From the NCBI GenBank assembly GCA_039586365.1, contig JBDHKN010000002.1:32001-96000 (forward strand): 64,000 bases of DNA, in the 5' to 3' direction. Positions 9,472-19,476 of the stretch are shown one piece after another; within the stretch, counting starts at the first letter, position 1, and each line of letters begins with the position of its first letter. The DNA comes from Gemmatimonadota bacterium (lineage in GTDB: Bacteria > Gemmatimonadota > Gemmatimonadetes > Gemmatimonadales > GWC2-71-9). A program made the translations under genes and the position numbers. A model generated the notes under the pieces. It did not search any database. It saw only the letters and a program-made list of their open reading frames with translations, and was not told the DNA's origin.

Positions 9472-10982
9472 CGTACCCCCCTTCCTTCGGGAATGCGGAG
9501 AATGGCAGGATGCAACCCACCTCCTCTTGGTGTAGTCCCGAAGTCAAACGACAGCCCCGCGTTCAGTCGCCACTGGTCCCAGCTGAGGCGTGCGGCGTCA
9601 CTGCGTTGGCGGACTTCGTCATAGCGACGCACCTCTGCGTTCAGACGAACACCGCCGACTGTCCGATAGTCGAACCGCAGCGCGTATGACCGGACGTCGG
9701 CCTCGTTGAAGCGGAACTCCAGGGGTCGCTGCAAGCGTTGGGCGTGCCCCGTCACGCTGAGCGCCTCGGTCGGAGTGAAGGTAGCTAGCCCCTCGTACCC
9801 CACAGACCTGGAGCCCAGACCCTCGTCCACCCAGTGGCCAGCTTCGAACCTCCAGGCCCTGAGGCCATTATAGGCAGCCCCCAGCTTCCAGCGCCACCCG
9901 TCCGACTCCACCTGTTGTAGTCGCGTTGAGGCCTCGGTGTCGTCGAACTCGTAAATCTCACCTGACGTCCTCACCTCCAGTCCACCAATGGGAGAAATCG
10001 AGAGCGACCCGAATCCTGCATTGTAAGGTACCGGGCTGAACGCTCCCCAAATCGTCCACAGATCGAAACGAGGTCTGTACCGGCGGGCACCCACCGTCAG
10101 GCGTCCCATGCCTCTAGGTGCGATGTAGGTCGCCGAGGCGTCCGCAGTTCCCCACAAGCCGGCCGCCACGTCATACTCAGCGCCACCCGATACTGTGATG
10201 TTGCTTGCAGGGCTCAGATCCAGATCGAATGCCACTCGATCGGACACCAGGTTCTCCGATTCAGGGTCGATCTCTCGCTGCCAAATCGCCTGTCCAAAAA
10301 CCTGCGAGAACGACAGTCCCAGCCCAGCACCAACTATCAGTTGGCGATCACGGGGCTGGAATTCGTCCAGTGGGTTTAGAGCACCACTTGTCACCGGGAG
10401 TGCCACTCCTCGCGCCAAACCCCAACCACCATAGCCCAGCACCCGCAGTTTCCGACCCAAAGGCATGACTTCGGCTTTCACTCCATCGAAGCCAGTCCAT
10501 CCGAATCTCGTGGCAACATGTGTCCGGCCCGCCTGTGCAACCAGACTCCGTTGGGTGTACTCGAGGTACCCTTCCAGCAGCTGTACCTCAGGATCGGTGC
10601 CGGGCCAGACGTCCGCCTTGGACAGGTCAGTGCCGAAACGCACTTTGGTGTTCAGTCGTAAGCCGGAGACGCCGAAACCCCAGGCACTGGCATCCACAGT
10701 CGCCACAACCGGGTGCCCTCTCAGATCCGGTCCTGGACGGTAGAACGTGCAGTACTCCACGCCTGCCGGGCAGTAGGCGGCATAGCCGTCAGCGGTGAGG
10801 AAGGACCCATCACCGGTGAGTCGCACATCGGCAGCCAATACGCTGTCGATAGAGTACCCGCGGTACGATATGCCCTGGTATCGCGCGTCGAGTCGTGCCC
10901 GATAGCCCTGGGCACTGACGGGCGCTGCCCATGTCACGACGATCCCGACGGCCAAAGTTGCCAACAGCTTCGATGACTTCAT
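9468..10982 (-). CDS. Outer-membrane beta-barrel protein (putative porin of a porin-cytochrome conduit)
   Basis: Sec signal (VSA-Q); alternating amphipathic strands rich in G/Y/W/R; terminal strand LNAGLSFDF; lies between cytochrome genes. Confidence 0.8.
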   Translation of the reverse strand: MKSSKLLATLAVGIVVTWAAPVSAQGYRARLDARYQGISYRGYSIDSVLAADVRLTGDGSFLTADGYAAYCPAGVEYCTFYRPGPDLRGHPVVATVDASAWGFGVSGLRLNTKVRFGTDLSKADVWPGTDPEVQLLEGYLEYTQRSLVAQAGRTHVATRFGWTGFDGVKAEVMPLGRKLRVLGYGGWGLARGVALPVTSGALNPLDEFQPRDRQLIVGAGLGLSFSQVFGQAIWQREIDPESENLVSDRVAFDLDLSPASNITVSGGAEYDVAAGLWGTADASATYIAPRGMGRLTVGARRYRPRFDLWTIWGAFSPVPYNAGFGSLSISPIGGLEVRTSGEIYEFDDTEASTRLQQVESDGWRWKLGAAYNGLRAWRFEAGHWVDEGLGSRSVGYEGLATFTPTEALSVTGHAQRLQRPLEFRFNEADVRSYALRFDYRTVGGVRLNAEVRRYDEVRQRSDAARLSWDQWRLNAGLSFDFGTTPRGGGLHPAILRIPEGRGVR

Positions 10983-11065
10983 GAAGCCCCCTCCGCAGTG
11001 AGACTCAAGCGCGGCAGGTCTGAGTGATCAACAACATCGGAACCCAAGGTTAGCTCAGACTACTC

Positions 11066-13909
11066 CTACTGATAGCCGAACAGCATTGCGTATACTATCA
11101 GCGCGATCAGGGTAAGGCCAATAGCTAGGGCAGTGAAGCCCAGCACCTTGAACATCACTTGTAGTTTCCGAGGATACGGATGCGCTAGGTGCTCCGCCAG
11201 TTTCCCCTCTCGTACAAGCTCTTCGTATTCCCTGGGCTTGTCCTCCTTCAACTCCTCCACTGATACCCTACCCGTGAATATCACCGGGTCCATGGGAAAT
11301 TTATCAGGCCGGAAGTGGGTGTTGAAGAAGTGGATTGTGAAAATGAAGCCCACCGCCAACAAGGCTTCGTCACTGTGCACGATGGTAGCCACGTTCACCC
11401 ACCACCCTGGGATCACTGCAGTGAAGAACTCGGGGAACCACAGGAGCAGGCCGGTCGAACCGATGACCATCATGCCCCAGAATACCGCGAAGTAGTCGAA
11501 CTTCTCCCAATAGGTATATCGTCCGTACTCCGGACGAGGGCCGCGGCCCAGGAACCACTTGATCGATCCCCAGAACTCCCTGAGATCTGTCTTGTTGAAG
11601 ATGAGGGAATTCTCGGAAAAAATGAACCTCACCCAGTTCTTACCTGACGCCTTCTTCTGCTTGAACACATCAACCAGATGGACGATGAACACCGTGATCA
11701 GGGCAACCGCTCCAACCCGGTGCAAGAACCCCGTCGTAGTGAAGCCACCAACGACTGAAGAAATGACCTGCGCCCAACGGGCATAGGAGAATTTCAGCAC
11801 CATCCCCGTCAGCGCCAGGGTGAAAAAGCTGAACAGCATGACCAAGTGCAACCCACGGTGGAACGTACTGAAGCGCTTGTACAGCTTCTCTTCGGGAGCG
11901 GGCTTGTGTCGTTTCCAGACACCGGGCGACCGGGTCAGCCTGAAGAGCCAGGCCCCGGTATGAATTAGAGCAAAGGTGAGCGTGCCCACCAGCAGCGCCG
12001 TCATTCCCCAGAAGGCATAGAAGAGTAAGGGGTACTTGTCCTGGTCGTGGTGTGTAGCGTGGGTCAGATAACCCGTGAAGCGACGGTTGGCACCTGGGTG
12101 ACAGGAACTGCAAGTCTCGATGATGTTCCGCCGGCTCAACGTAGATGCGGGCTCTGATGTCGGTAAGATGTTGTGGGTTCCGTGACAATCGTAGCACTTC
12201 GCGGCAGCGGCGTCACCCAGCCGAGACACCTTCCCGTGGAAGGTGTCAAAGAAGGTCTCTGCCTCATCGGTATGGCAGTTGCCACACTGGGTCATCTCGC
12301 GCAGGCGGAAATCTGCCAGGTCCGTGCGACTGATGGAGTGCGACGTGTGGCAGTCTTCGCAGGTGGGGAGCTCGGTCTCTCCCGCTGCCTGACCATTGCC
12401 GGGCCAGTGAATGCTGGCCATGAATACCTCTGCGATTCCGTGATGACAGCTGCCGCACGTTCCTGCGAGGTTGTCGCGGTGTACAGACGACTCAGGGTCA
12501 TCGGGTGCCAGCTCTTTGTGCGGCGTGTGGCAACTGGGGCAAGTCGCCGTAACCACCAAGCCGCTTTCGAACAGGCCCTTCCCATGGATGCTCATTTCGT
12601 AGCTCTCCACGGGAGGAACTAGCTCTAGCGTCTCTCCCAGTGCAACCAGCGGTTCCTGCGCTGCCTCATCCAGTTGTCGGGCCAGATGGTTAGACTCGAC
12701 CCGAACGGCAGCTTTCTGCCCCCGACGGTGGCAGTTGGCGCACAGCCCCGGAACGTTGCGCGCAAAGGTAGGAGACGCAGGAACCAAATGGCTCTGTATC
12801 GCGTGTTTGCCGTGGCAGTCGAGGCAAGTCGGCGCATCGGGATCATTCTGAGCGACCAAGCGACCATGGATACCCGAGGTGTAATCACTCACCTGTTCGG
12901 TGTGGCAAGGGCTGCAATCGACAGGAGATGAGATCGTGGCGCAGGGCCGCGTCAACGTGATGCTGACGTCACTGTGGCATTGGGCACAAGGTGTATCCGA
13001 GTGGACAGATAGATTGTGCGCCTGCTCATCTACGTAAAGTGAAACCGAGTCACCCTGAGCGATACCTGTGAGATTCGGATCACTGTGGCAACGTAGGCAG
13101 TTCTGATTTGCCGCACCCGCTTCGTACAACACGCCTCTAACGGTGTGCGGTGCGTGGCAGTCGACGCACACCGGGATCATGTCTGGCTGTTCCCGCCAAC
13201 GCCGGCCCTCGATCACCTGCCGATGTACCTGTTCGATCTGCGAGTGACACTGCTCGCATGTCCTCGCCACATTGTTGTGATTGATGCTAGATCGCGGATC
13301 AGTGTGCGGCAGTATGAAGTGTGACGTGTGACACGAAGTGCAGACTGCAGTGACCGTGAGTCCCTGTCTGAACAAACCCTCGCCGTGAATGGAAAGCGAG
13401 TAATTGACCAGGATCGAATCCTGCGGAATGTTGCGTGTCCTGGCAACGGGCGCACCTTCCCTGTGGCACTCACCACAGAGGAAGGGGATGTTCATCACCC
13501 TTGTGGGCGATCGCGGATCTGTGTGAGACAGTACGTCGTGAGTCCCGTGACAATCCTGACAGGTGGGTGCCAATAGGTCCCCACGCGCGCCAGCCTGACC
13601 GTGAAGTGACGCTGTGTGTTGTCTCTGTTGCTCGGCATGACACATGCCGCAGTCGACCTTGAAGCGGTCCTCCGGGTGTGGAAACTCCAAGCCCATGTGG
13701 CAGGTCGTGCACTGCATCTCCGCGCTGCCGTGGACCGAACCCGAGAACGTCTCTGTGGTGACAACCAATCGAGGTGCCTCAGCCGCCGGAAACATCGCGG
13801 CATTCCCGTGACACATGAGGCATGTCTCACTGTCCTGAGCCGCGGTCGGGATGGCCGCGAACAGGCTCACAATCACGAATCCAAAGGACACAACGAGAAT
13901 CTTCCGCAT
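11066..13909 (-). CDS. CbcL-like fusion: 19-heme cytochrome c + FdnI/HydC-type cytochrome b
   Basis: GGAG before ATG 13909 and signal peptide; 19 CxxCH; C-terminal RGLH..LALTG..FLHR..GRYTYWEKFDY..VHSDEALLA..IHFF. Confidence 0.93.
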   Translation of the reverse strand: MRKILVVSFGFVIVSLFAAIPTAAQDSETCLMCHGNAAMFPAAEAPRLVVTTETFSGSVHGSAEMQCTTCHMGLEFPHPEDRFKVDCGMCHAEQQRQHTASLHGQAGARGDLLAPTCQDCHGTHDVLSHTDPRSPTRVMNIPFLCGECHREGAPVARTRNIPQDSILVNYSLSIHGEGLFRQGLTVTAVCTSCHTSHFILPHTDPRSSINHNNVARTCEQCHSQIEQVHRQVIEGRRWREQPDMIPVCVDCHAPHTVRGVLYEAGAANQNCLRCHSDPNLTGIAQGDSVSLYVDEQAHNLSVHSDTPCAQCHSDVSITLTRPCATISSPVDCSPCHTEQVSDYTSGIHGRLVAQNDPDAPTCLDCHGKHAIQSHLVPASPTFARNVPGLCANCHRRGQKAAVRVESNHLARQLDEAAQEPLVALGETLELVPPVESYEMSIHGKGLFESGLVVTATCPSCHTPHKELAPDDPESSVHRDNLAGTCGSCHHGIAEVFMASIHWPGNGQAAGETELPTCEDCHTSHSISRTDLADFRLREMTQCGNCHTDEAETFFDTFHGKVSRLGDAAAAKCYDCHGTHNILPTSEPASTLSRRNIIETCSSCHPGANRRFTGYLTHATHHDQDKYPLLFYAFWGMTALLVGTLTFALIHTGAWLFRLTRSPGVWKRHKPAPEEKLYKRFSTFHRGLHLVMLFSFFTLALTGMVLKFSYARWAQVISSVVGGFTTTGFLHRVGAVALITVFIVHLVDVFKQKKASGKNWVRFIFSENSLIFNKTDLREFWGSIKWFLGRGPRPEYGRYTYWEKFDYFAVFWGMMVIGSTGLLLWFPEFFTAVIPGWWVNVATIVHSDEALLAVGFIFTIHFFNTHFRPDKFPMDPVIFTGRVSVEELKEDKPREYEELVREGKLAEHLAHPYPRKLQVMFKVLGFTALAIGLTLIALIVYAMLFGYQ

Positions 13910-14147
13910 CCAGACTCCAGCCAAACTCGCACACGCTGTGTGAGCCCCATTCCCTCGCACAACCACACCCCCGCAATAGCTTCTGGCATACCTCGCAGCC
14001 GGGGTCCGGGACATTTCCCCAGCCTTCCCACCATCTAGAATTTACTTATCACGTGCTGCTCTCCAGCCTCCTTAAAGAGTTCCTCATCAGCGATTTAGAG
14101 GATTCCGGCAGAGTCCGGCCACGCAACTCCGGGGCTCGTGCGCGCAA

Positions 14148-16094
14148 TCAAGCCTCGGAGCTTGCTCCAGACTCCTCCCCTACGTGCGCGATCTCCTCTT
14201 TGTACCAGCGGCCGTGATGTTCCTCCGCAGTCTTCTTGGACATCTTGCCAGTCAGCCAGGTCCAGTTCATGGGATACTCGCCAGGATAGAAGAACACGAA
14301 GAAGAAGTGCCAAACGACGATGGCCAGCGTCGCCAACCAAGCCTCGTAGTAGTGGATAGTCTGCGAGATTGTAACGGCGATTGCCGGTAAGAACCCAACC
14401 GCCACTGTCGGGAACCATAGCACGAAGCCTGTGAGGGCCATTACGACTGTCCCCCAAACCAGCGCCCAGTATTCTGCCTTCTGCGTGTAGTCGTAACGGC
14501 CGAACTTGGCTTTCTTCTCGCTGCGCCATGTGTAGTACTTCATGTTAGCCCAGAAATCCTTCACGTCTTGCAGGTTAGGCAGCATCGCCCAAAACTCTTT
14601 CCTCCCGCGTTTGACGGAGATGATGTACCACAGGTGGCTGAGAGATACAAGGACCATGACAACAGCACCGATGCGGTGGAGAGTCGAACGTACCGGTTCA
14701 GTCATACCCACTACGGACAACTGCTTCACCCACCAAGCATCGGGGAACCTCAGCGCAAATCCCGTGAGCACCAGCAGCCAAAAGGACACCAAGAGACCCA
14801 CATGTTGTATTCTCTGTACTACATCCAAGCGCAGGATTGACTCGGCGGACATGGCCTCCTTCCGGCGCTTGATGGCGTAGAAACTCAGAATCACCACGTT
14901 GTGGAGCAGCATACCGCCGATCGTAAGGGCGATCAACCAAAGGTAGACGCTCTTTATCAAGCGATTGATGGGGTTGGATATGACGGATGTGGCCTCATGC
15001 GTGTAGCTTGCAGCGAACTGTTGATCCGCACCGGGGTGACATTGTTGGCAGGTTTGCACGACGTTGCTGATGTAGATCGTGGACGTAGAGTCCGATGCCG
15101 GCAAGACCCGGTGCGTCGAGTGGCAGCTGACACAAGTGGCCGCAAGCTCGTAACCGCGCCGCGATGCCCAGCCATGGTAGCTGTCCACATATGAGCCTAC
15201 TTCGCCTCCCCTGAGACCATAGGTAGCCACAATGACCGGATCGTCATGGCAGGTGCCACAGGTTTCCGTAGCAAGTCGCGCCGCGTATGTGGTGGCATCA
15301 GGATCGTTGTGTGAGAGGATTAGGTGTTCCCCGTGGCAGTCATTGCATGTGGGGCTGTCACTCACTCCAGCCCGTAGAGCTCTACCGTGAATCGATTGTT
15401 CGTACTCGATCTGGACATCTTGGTGGCACTTGCCGCATGTGCTCGAGACGTTCATGTGGCTCACACTAGACGTGGGATCGTCGGGTGATCCGAGATTGTG
15501 CACCCCATGACAATCGTTGCAGTTTGCTGCGGCGCTGATTCCCTCCTCAGACCGTTGCCCATGAATCGACTCAGCGTAGGATACCGCAGGCCGAGCAACC
15601 TTCACGATAGCATCGGTGAGAAGACCCTGGGTCCCGTGACAAGTGGCACAAGTGGCAGGAACATTGAGTCTATGCGTCGGCGCCCTGGGGTCCGCGCTCC
15701 GCAGTATTCCGTGAGTGCCGTGACAAGTCTTGCACGCGGGCGCGTTCGGACTGCCTCGGTCCAGCGCATAACCATGCATGCTGCGTTGGTAGATATCAGC
15801 AATCGCCGAGTGACAGCTGCCGCAATTCACCGTGGGCATGTCGTCTGGATGCGGAAAGATGACACCCTGATGACACATTGCACAGGAGAATCCAAGTACC
15901 CCGTGGACCGAGTTACTGTATTCTTCCTGTGCCACTACTAGCCGTGAAGGATCCTCTGTACCCGCGAACAGTGACACGTCCGCATGACACATCATGCAGG
16001 GTAACTCACCCTGAGCAACCAAAGTACGGCTATCTATGACTACAGCTGCGACGGCGGCGATCAATGCCGTCAGTCGTGTCGCACGCATACTCAT
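14148..16094 (-). CDS. CbcL-like fusion: 11-heme cytochrome c + FdnI/HydC-type cytochrome b
   Basis: 11 CxxCH; RIQH..LVLTG..TLHR..GRYDYTQKAEY..IHYYEAWLA..VWHFF. Confidence 0.93.
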   Translation of the reverse strand: MSMRATRLTALIAAVAAVVIDSRTLVAQGELPCMMCHADVSLFAGTEDPSRLVVAQEEYSNSVHGVLGFSCAMCHQGVIFPHPDDMPTVNCGSCHSAIADIYQRSMHGYALDRGSPNAPACKTCHGTHGILRSADPRAPTHRLNVPATCATCHGTQGLLTDAIVKVARPAVSYAESIHGQRSEEGISAAANCNDCHGVHNLGSPDDPTSSVSHMNVSSTCGKCHQDVQIEYEQSIHGRALRAGVSDSPTCNDCHGEHLILSHNDPDATTYAARLATETCGTCHDDPVIVATYGLRGGEVGSYVDSYHGWASRRGYELAATCVSCHSTHRVLPASDSTSTIYISNVVQTCQQCHPGADQQFAASYTHEATSVISNPINRLIKSVYLWLIALTIGGMLLHNVVILSFYAIKRRKEAMSAESILRLDVVQRIQHVGLLVSFWLLVLTGFALRFPDAWWVKQLSVVGMTEPVRSTLHRIGAVVMVLVSLSHLWYIISVKRGRKEFWAMLPNLQDVKDFWANMKYYTWRSEKKAKFGRYDYTQKAEYWALVWGTVVMALTGFVLWFPTVAVGFLPAIAVTISQTIHYYEAWLATLAIVVWHFFFVFFYPGEYPMNWTWLTGKMSKKTAEEHHGRWYKEEIAHVGEESGASSEA

Positions 16095-16243
16095 TCATCT
16101 CCCAGTTTCGGACTATAGCCGCCAGACCAATAATGATGCTCGCGGCGCGGGCGATTGGCGCTGGGACTAGACCCACGACGGACTTTCTCCTTGCTACACT
16201 GCAAGCAGCTGACAGCGATTCCCTGCGGGTTCCCTATCTTCGT

Positions 16244-18229
16244 CTAACCGCTCAGTGAACCCACCTGGTGGCATGCATCGCACACCAACGGAGCGTTGTG
16301 CTCCACTTTGTCAGTATGACATACGGTACAGACCTGGCGACTCCACTTGTCGATTCCCACAACCGCGCCCCCATGACACTGCGAACACTGCAGGTGAGCG
16401 AAGCTCAGCGCATGGTTGGATTTCGCTCCCTCTCGATGACAGGAGAGACAAGTTGCCTCGGGTTGGTGGTGCCGATCGTGACAGGTGTCGCAGTTGAGGC
16501 CTCTAGCACTCATGGACGGTGTCTGGTGGCACATCGCGCAGGCCAGATCTGCTTCACGGTGCGGTTCGTGCGAAAAGTCGCCCATTGAATGCACCTGCAC
16601 CTCTGAAGGGGCACCGCCCACACCCTCATGGCATCGAGCGCAGTTCATCGCTCCGATCTCGCGGTGGTGGCAGGAGTTGCACGCCACCACGCTCGCAAGC
16701 GTTGTCTTCCCGTGATCGTCCAGCGGTGTATGACAGGCGGTGCATTCGAGTCCAGCACCGACCGCGTGCCGTTCGTGACTGACAATTCGGTCTCTGAACC
16801 GCACATCCCTCCGCTCGACGCCGAGGTGGCAGCTGAGGCACACATTGTCATTCAGCTTCGGCCCTAAGTCGACGGTCGGAACCCCAAAAGGCAGGCCACC
16901 ATCCATAACGGCTTCATTCATTAGATCCAGAGCAGCCCGCAGCAGCTCGTCGGCAAACGCGACATTGTGCGTTCCTCTCCCGACTCTTACGAATTCGAGG
17001 TTCTCTTCCGCCAGGCTCAGGAGGCTATCAATCTTGGCCCGCGAGCGAATGGGCGCGGAACCAGCCGCTCTGCGGGCACCAGCAACCACCTGACTCACTG
17101 ACACCAGTCTCCGCTGCATCTCTTGCTGCCAGGAAGGCAGGATGTTGGCATAACGGATACCGTGACAAGACAGGCAAGTGGCCTCACCGGCCAACTGGAC
17201 TTCCTCGTGTCCCTCGACCTCACGCGGTAGCCCGTGGCAACTCTGGCATGACACTCGAGCTAGGAACATTGAGCTGGGCATCTCCTCAGCACCGTGACCA
17301 CCCAACCCTGCATAGAGTCGTTGCTGCGCCTCGTGCGTACGCTGGTGACAGGCGCGGCAGTCAAGGTCGAACGTGGGCCTTAGCGAGACAACCCGATGGT
17401 CCATTCGCTCGTGACATTGGGTGCACTCGACGTTGTGCTCCGCTATATGAGTCCGATGCACCAACTCAGTGTTGTCGAACAAAACAACGCGTTCCGGCTC
17501 GTTGTGGCAGTTGAAACAGCGCGACTCCTCAGCTAGTCCAGATCCCGAGACGACCTCACCGTGACAAGAAAGGCACGACACCATGTCCCGGATGTACTGC
17601 GGGTGATCAACCACGAAGCCAGCCGGTGATTCCACCCGAGGCGGTGACTTGTGACAGCCGGTACACCCCGCTATGGGCTCACCCTCGGGTGTCTCCTTGA
17701 AGTGACAGAGATAGCATGTCGACTCGGTGACCCTGAGGTGGTCACCCTGAACGATCTGCGAGTGACAGCTGGTGCAGCGAAGTTGCTTGCCGCGCCGCAG
17801 CTCGCCCAAATGGTGCGCGTGGTCGAACTGGATCCCTCTGAACACCACGATGCCTTCGAGCTTCCTCTGCTCATGACAGCCCGAACGGAGACACGCCGCA
17901 TCTTCTATCTCCGCCCAAGGTTTCATGCCATAGGTACCGGTCACGTATTTCACGACCTGGTTGGCAGCCTGGATCTTGCCCATCGCCTCGGCCCTGATCC
18001 CTGGCGCATAGTGGCACTCGATACAGGGCACGTCGTTGTGGGATGAGCCGGCCCAGGATTCGTAGTAGGGAATCATGATGTGGCAGTTGTCGCAGAACCC
18101 TGGCTGAGCGCTGTATTCGATGAAACCAACGGTGCTCACGGCCGCCAGAATCACGAAGAGGACCCCTACCTGGATCAGGATCCTGACCGGTCGGGCGAGT
18201 CGCCGGAATCTGTGCGACAGGTCTGTCAT
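16244..18229 (-). CDS. 22-heme membrane-anchored cytochrome c with NapC/NirT-type N-terminus
   Basis: ATG 18229 overlaps the upstream stop; N-terminal TM then FCDNCHIM..W..SSH..CIECH; 21 CxxCH plus CLRSGCH. Confidence 0.92.
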   Translation of the reverse strand: MTDLSHRFRRLARPVRILIQVGVLFVILAAVSTVGFIEYSAQPGFCDNCHIMIPYYESWAGSSHNDVPCIECHYAPGIRAEAMGKIQAANQVVKYVTGTYGMKPWAEIEDAACLRSGCHEQRKLEGIVVFRGIQFDHAHHLGELRRGKQLRCTSCHSQIVQGDHLRVTESTCYLCHFKETPEGEPIAGCTGCHKSPPRVESPAGFVVDHPQYIRDMVSCLSCHGEVVSGSGLAEESRCFNCHNEPERVVLFDNTELVHRTHIAEHNVECTQCHERMDHRVVSLRPTFDLDCRACHQRTHEAQQRLYAGLGGHGAEEMPSSMFLARVSCQSCHGLPREVEGHEEVQLAGEATCLSCHGIRYANILPSWQQEMQRRLVSVSQVVAGARRAAGSAPIRSRAKIDSLLSLAEENLEFVRVGRGTHNVAFADELLRAALDLMNEAVMDGGLPFGVPTVDLGPKLNDNVCLSCHLGVERRDVRFRDRIVSHERHAVGAGLECTACHTPLDDHGKTTLASVVACNSCHHREIGAMNCARCHEGVGGAPSEVQVHSMGDFSHEPHREADLACAMCHQTPSMSARGLNCDTCHDRHHQPEATCLSCHREGAKSNHALSFAHLQCSQCHGGAVVGIDKWSRQVCTVCHTDKVEHNAPLVCDACHQVGSLSG

Positions 18230-19476
18230 GACGTGCGGTCCCGCCCGGCCAAATCCCTGAACTTGAACCAGGCAAACACAATCGCAGAGATGGCAAGGAA
18301 CCACACCGGCACTAGCAACAGCTTGTGTTCCCAGCGGCGCTCCGCTCTCACTTCGGCGGTAGTCCGAACCAGCTCGGTGTTTGAGCGCACACTGCGGGCG
18401 AGTTCGTCAAGGAGGTCCACGTCCAGACTGTGCAGTGCCAGCGCCATCTGCCGATACTCGGTTACCGCCGTTTGGTACCGGAACCGCTCGTCAGAAACTT
18501 GCTTGCCGCCGACTGTCAGAGTTGCTATCGCCTGCTCAGCGGAGACCAAATCCGCAGCTGCTTCAACCACCGACTCTTGCAGGTCCACACCTAGCAGTCC
18601 CGCTCGGCTGCTTGGCTCATGGCAGTTGACGCAGACTGAAGCGATTCCGTCCGGAGGCACCCTCTCCGTACCATGGTTGCTGTGACATCCCAGGCATCCG
18701 GCGAGCTCGCCATCCCGGGACGGCTCATTGTGAGGTCCCTGAAGAAACGCTCTCCCGATCAGAAGGTGGCAGTGGTCGCAAACGTTCACTACTTCATTGA
18801 CGCCGGGCGGAAGTGCGGCGTGGGAACCGTGACAACCCATACACGTAGGAGCCGCAAAATTCGATCTCTCGAAGACTGCGATTCCATGAGCGCTGTTTCG
18901 ATATTCCGCGAACTGGTCTGTCGGAATACCGTACTGCTGCATCAGCTGGGCATCCTCATGGCAACGGGCGCAGGTACCCGGGATATTGGTCGGGTAGACG
19001 TTGCTCCTGCCGTCTTCCGGGGGAAGAATCGTGTGGGCGTCGTGGCAATCGGTGCAGGTCGGTGCGTTCAGGTCGCGCCGTTCGAGAAGCAGCTCGCCGT
19101 GTCGGCTGGTGCGGAACTCGGCCAGCTGACCGGCTGGAATGCCGTACTGGCGCATCATGTCTGCGTCCGCGTGACACGACGAACACAGTTCGATGGTCGC
19201 CAGCTTCCCCGGAGTGCCGATATACCGCCCACGGTGCGCTTGGTCTCGCTCGTAGGAAGTGGGATCGCCACCGTGACAGTCGTGACACCTGATACCGTGT
19301 TCCGAGTGGATTCCCAGCGTGAATGCCCTGCGTTTCTCGGCGTGGCAGATGAGACATCCATAAGTGGTATCGGCGGCCATACTCAGACCACCCTGCTGGT
19401 CGGCGCTCCACGCGGGTGCTGGTAGCAGCCAGCCGAGAATCCCGGCAGTCAGGGCGAGTCGCATTGTGTTTCTCAC
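18226..19476 (-). CDS. Nonaheme cytochrome c with C-terminal TM anchor (bc module 2; paralog of 3168-4454)
   Basis: 9 CxxCH; shares CHGGDP, RTS.HG.LL, IPTDQ, APTC..CHG.H.A.PPG, NVC..CH with 3168-4454. Confidence 0.93.
   Translation of the reverse strand: MRNTMRLALTAGILGWLLPAPAWSADQQGGLSMAADTTYGCLICHAEKRRAFTLGIHSEHGIRCHDCHGGDPTSYERDQAHRGRYIGTPGKLATIELCSSCHADADMMRQYGIPAGQLAEFRTSRHGELLLERRDLNAPTCTDCHDAHTILPPEDGRSNVYPTNIPGTCARCHEDAQLMQQYGIPTDQFAEYRNSAHGIAVFERSNFAAPTCMGCHGSHAALPPGVNEVVNVCDHCHLLIGRAFLQGPHNEPSRDGELAGCLGCHSNHGTERVPPDGIASVCVNCHEPSSRAGLLGVDLQESVVEAAADLVSAEQAIATLTVGGKQVSDERFRYQTAVTEYRQMALALHSLDVDLLDELARSVRSNTELVRTTAEVRAERRWEHKLLLVPVWFLAISAIVFAWFKFRDLAGRDRTS

Noticed and set aside
13910..14014. 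Longer N-termini given by the ORF track (also 18304, 25415, 28614, 33031, 38893, 57811)
   Set aside because: Downstream starts have an RBS, signal peptide or family-typical N-terminus; several extensions overlap neighbouring genes.
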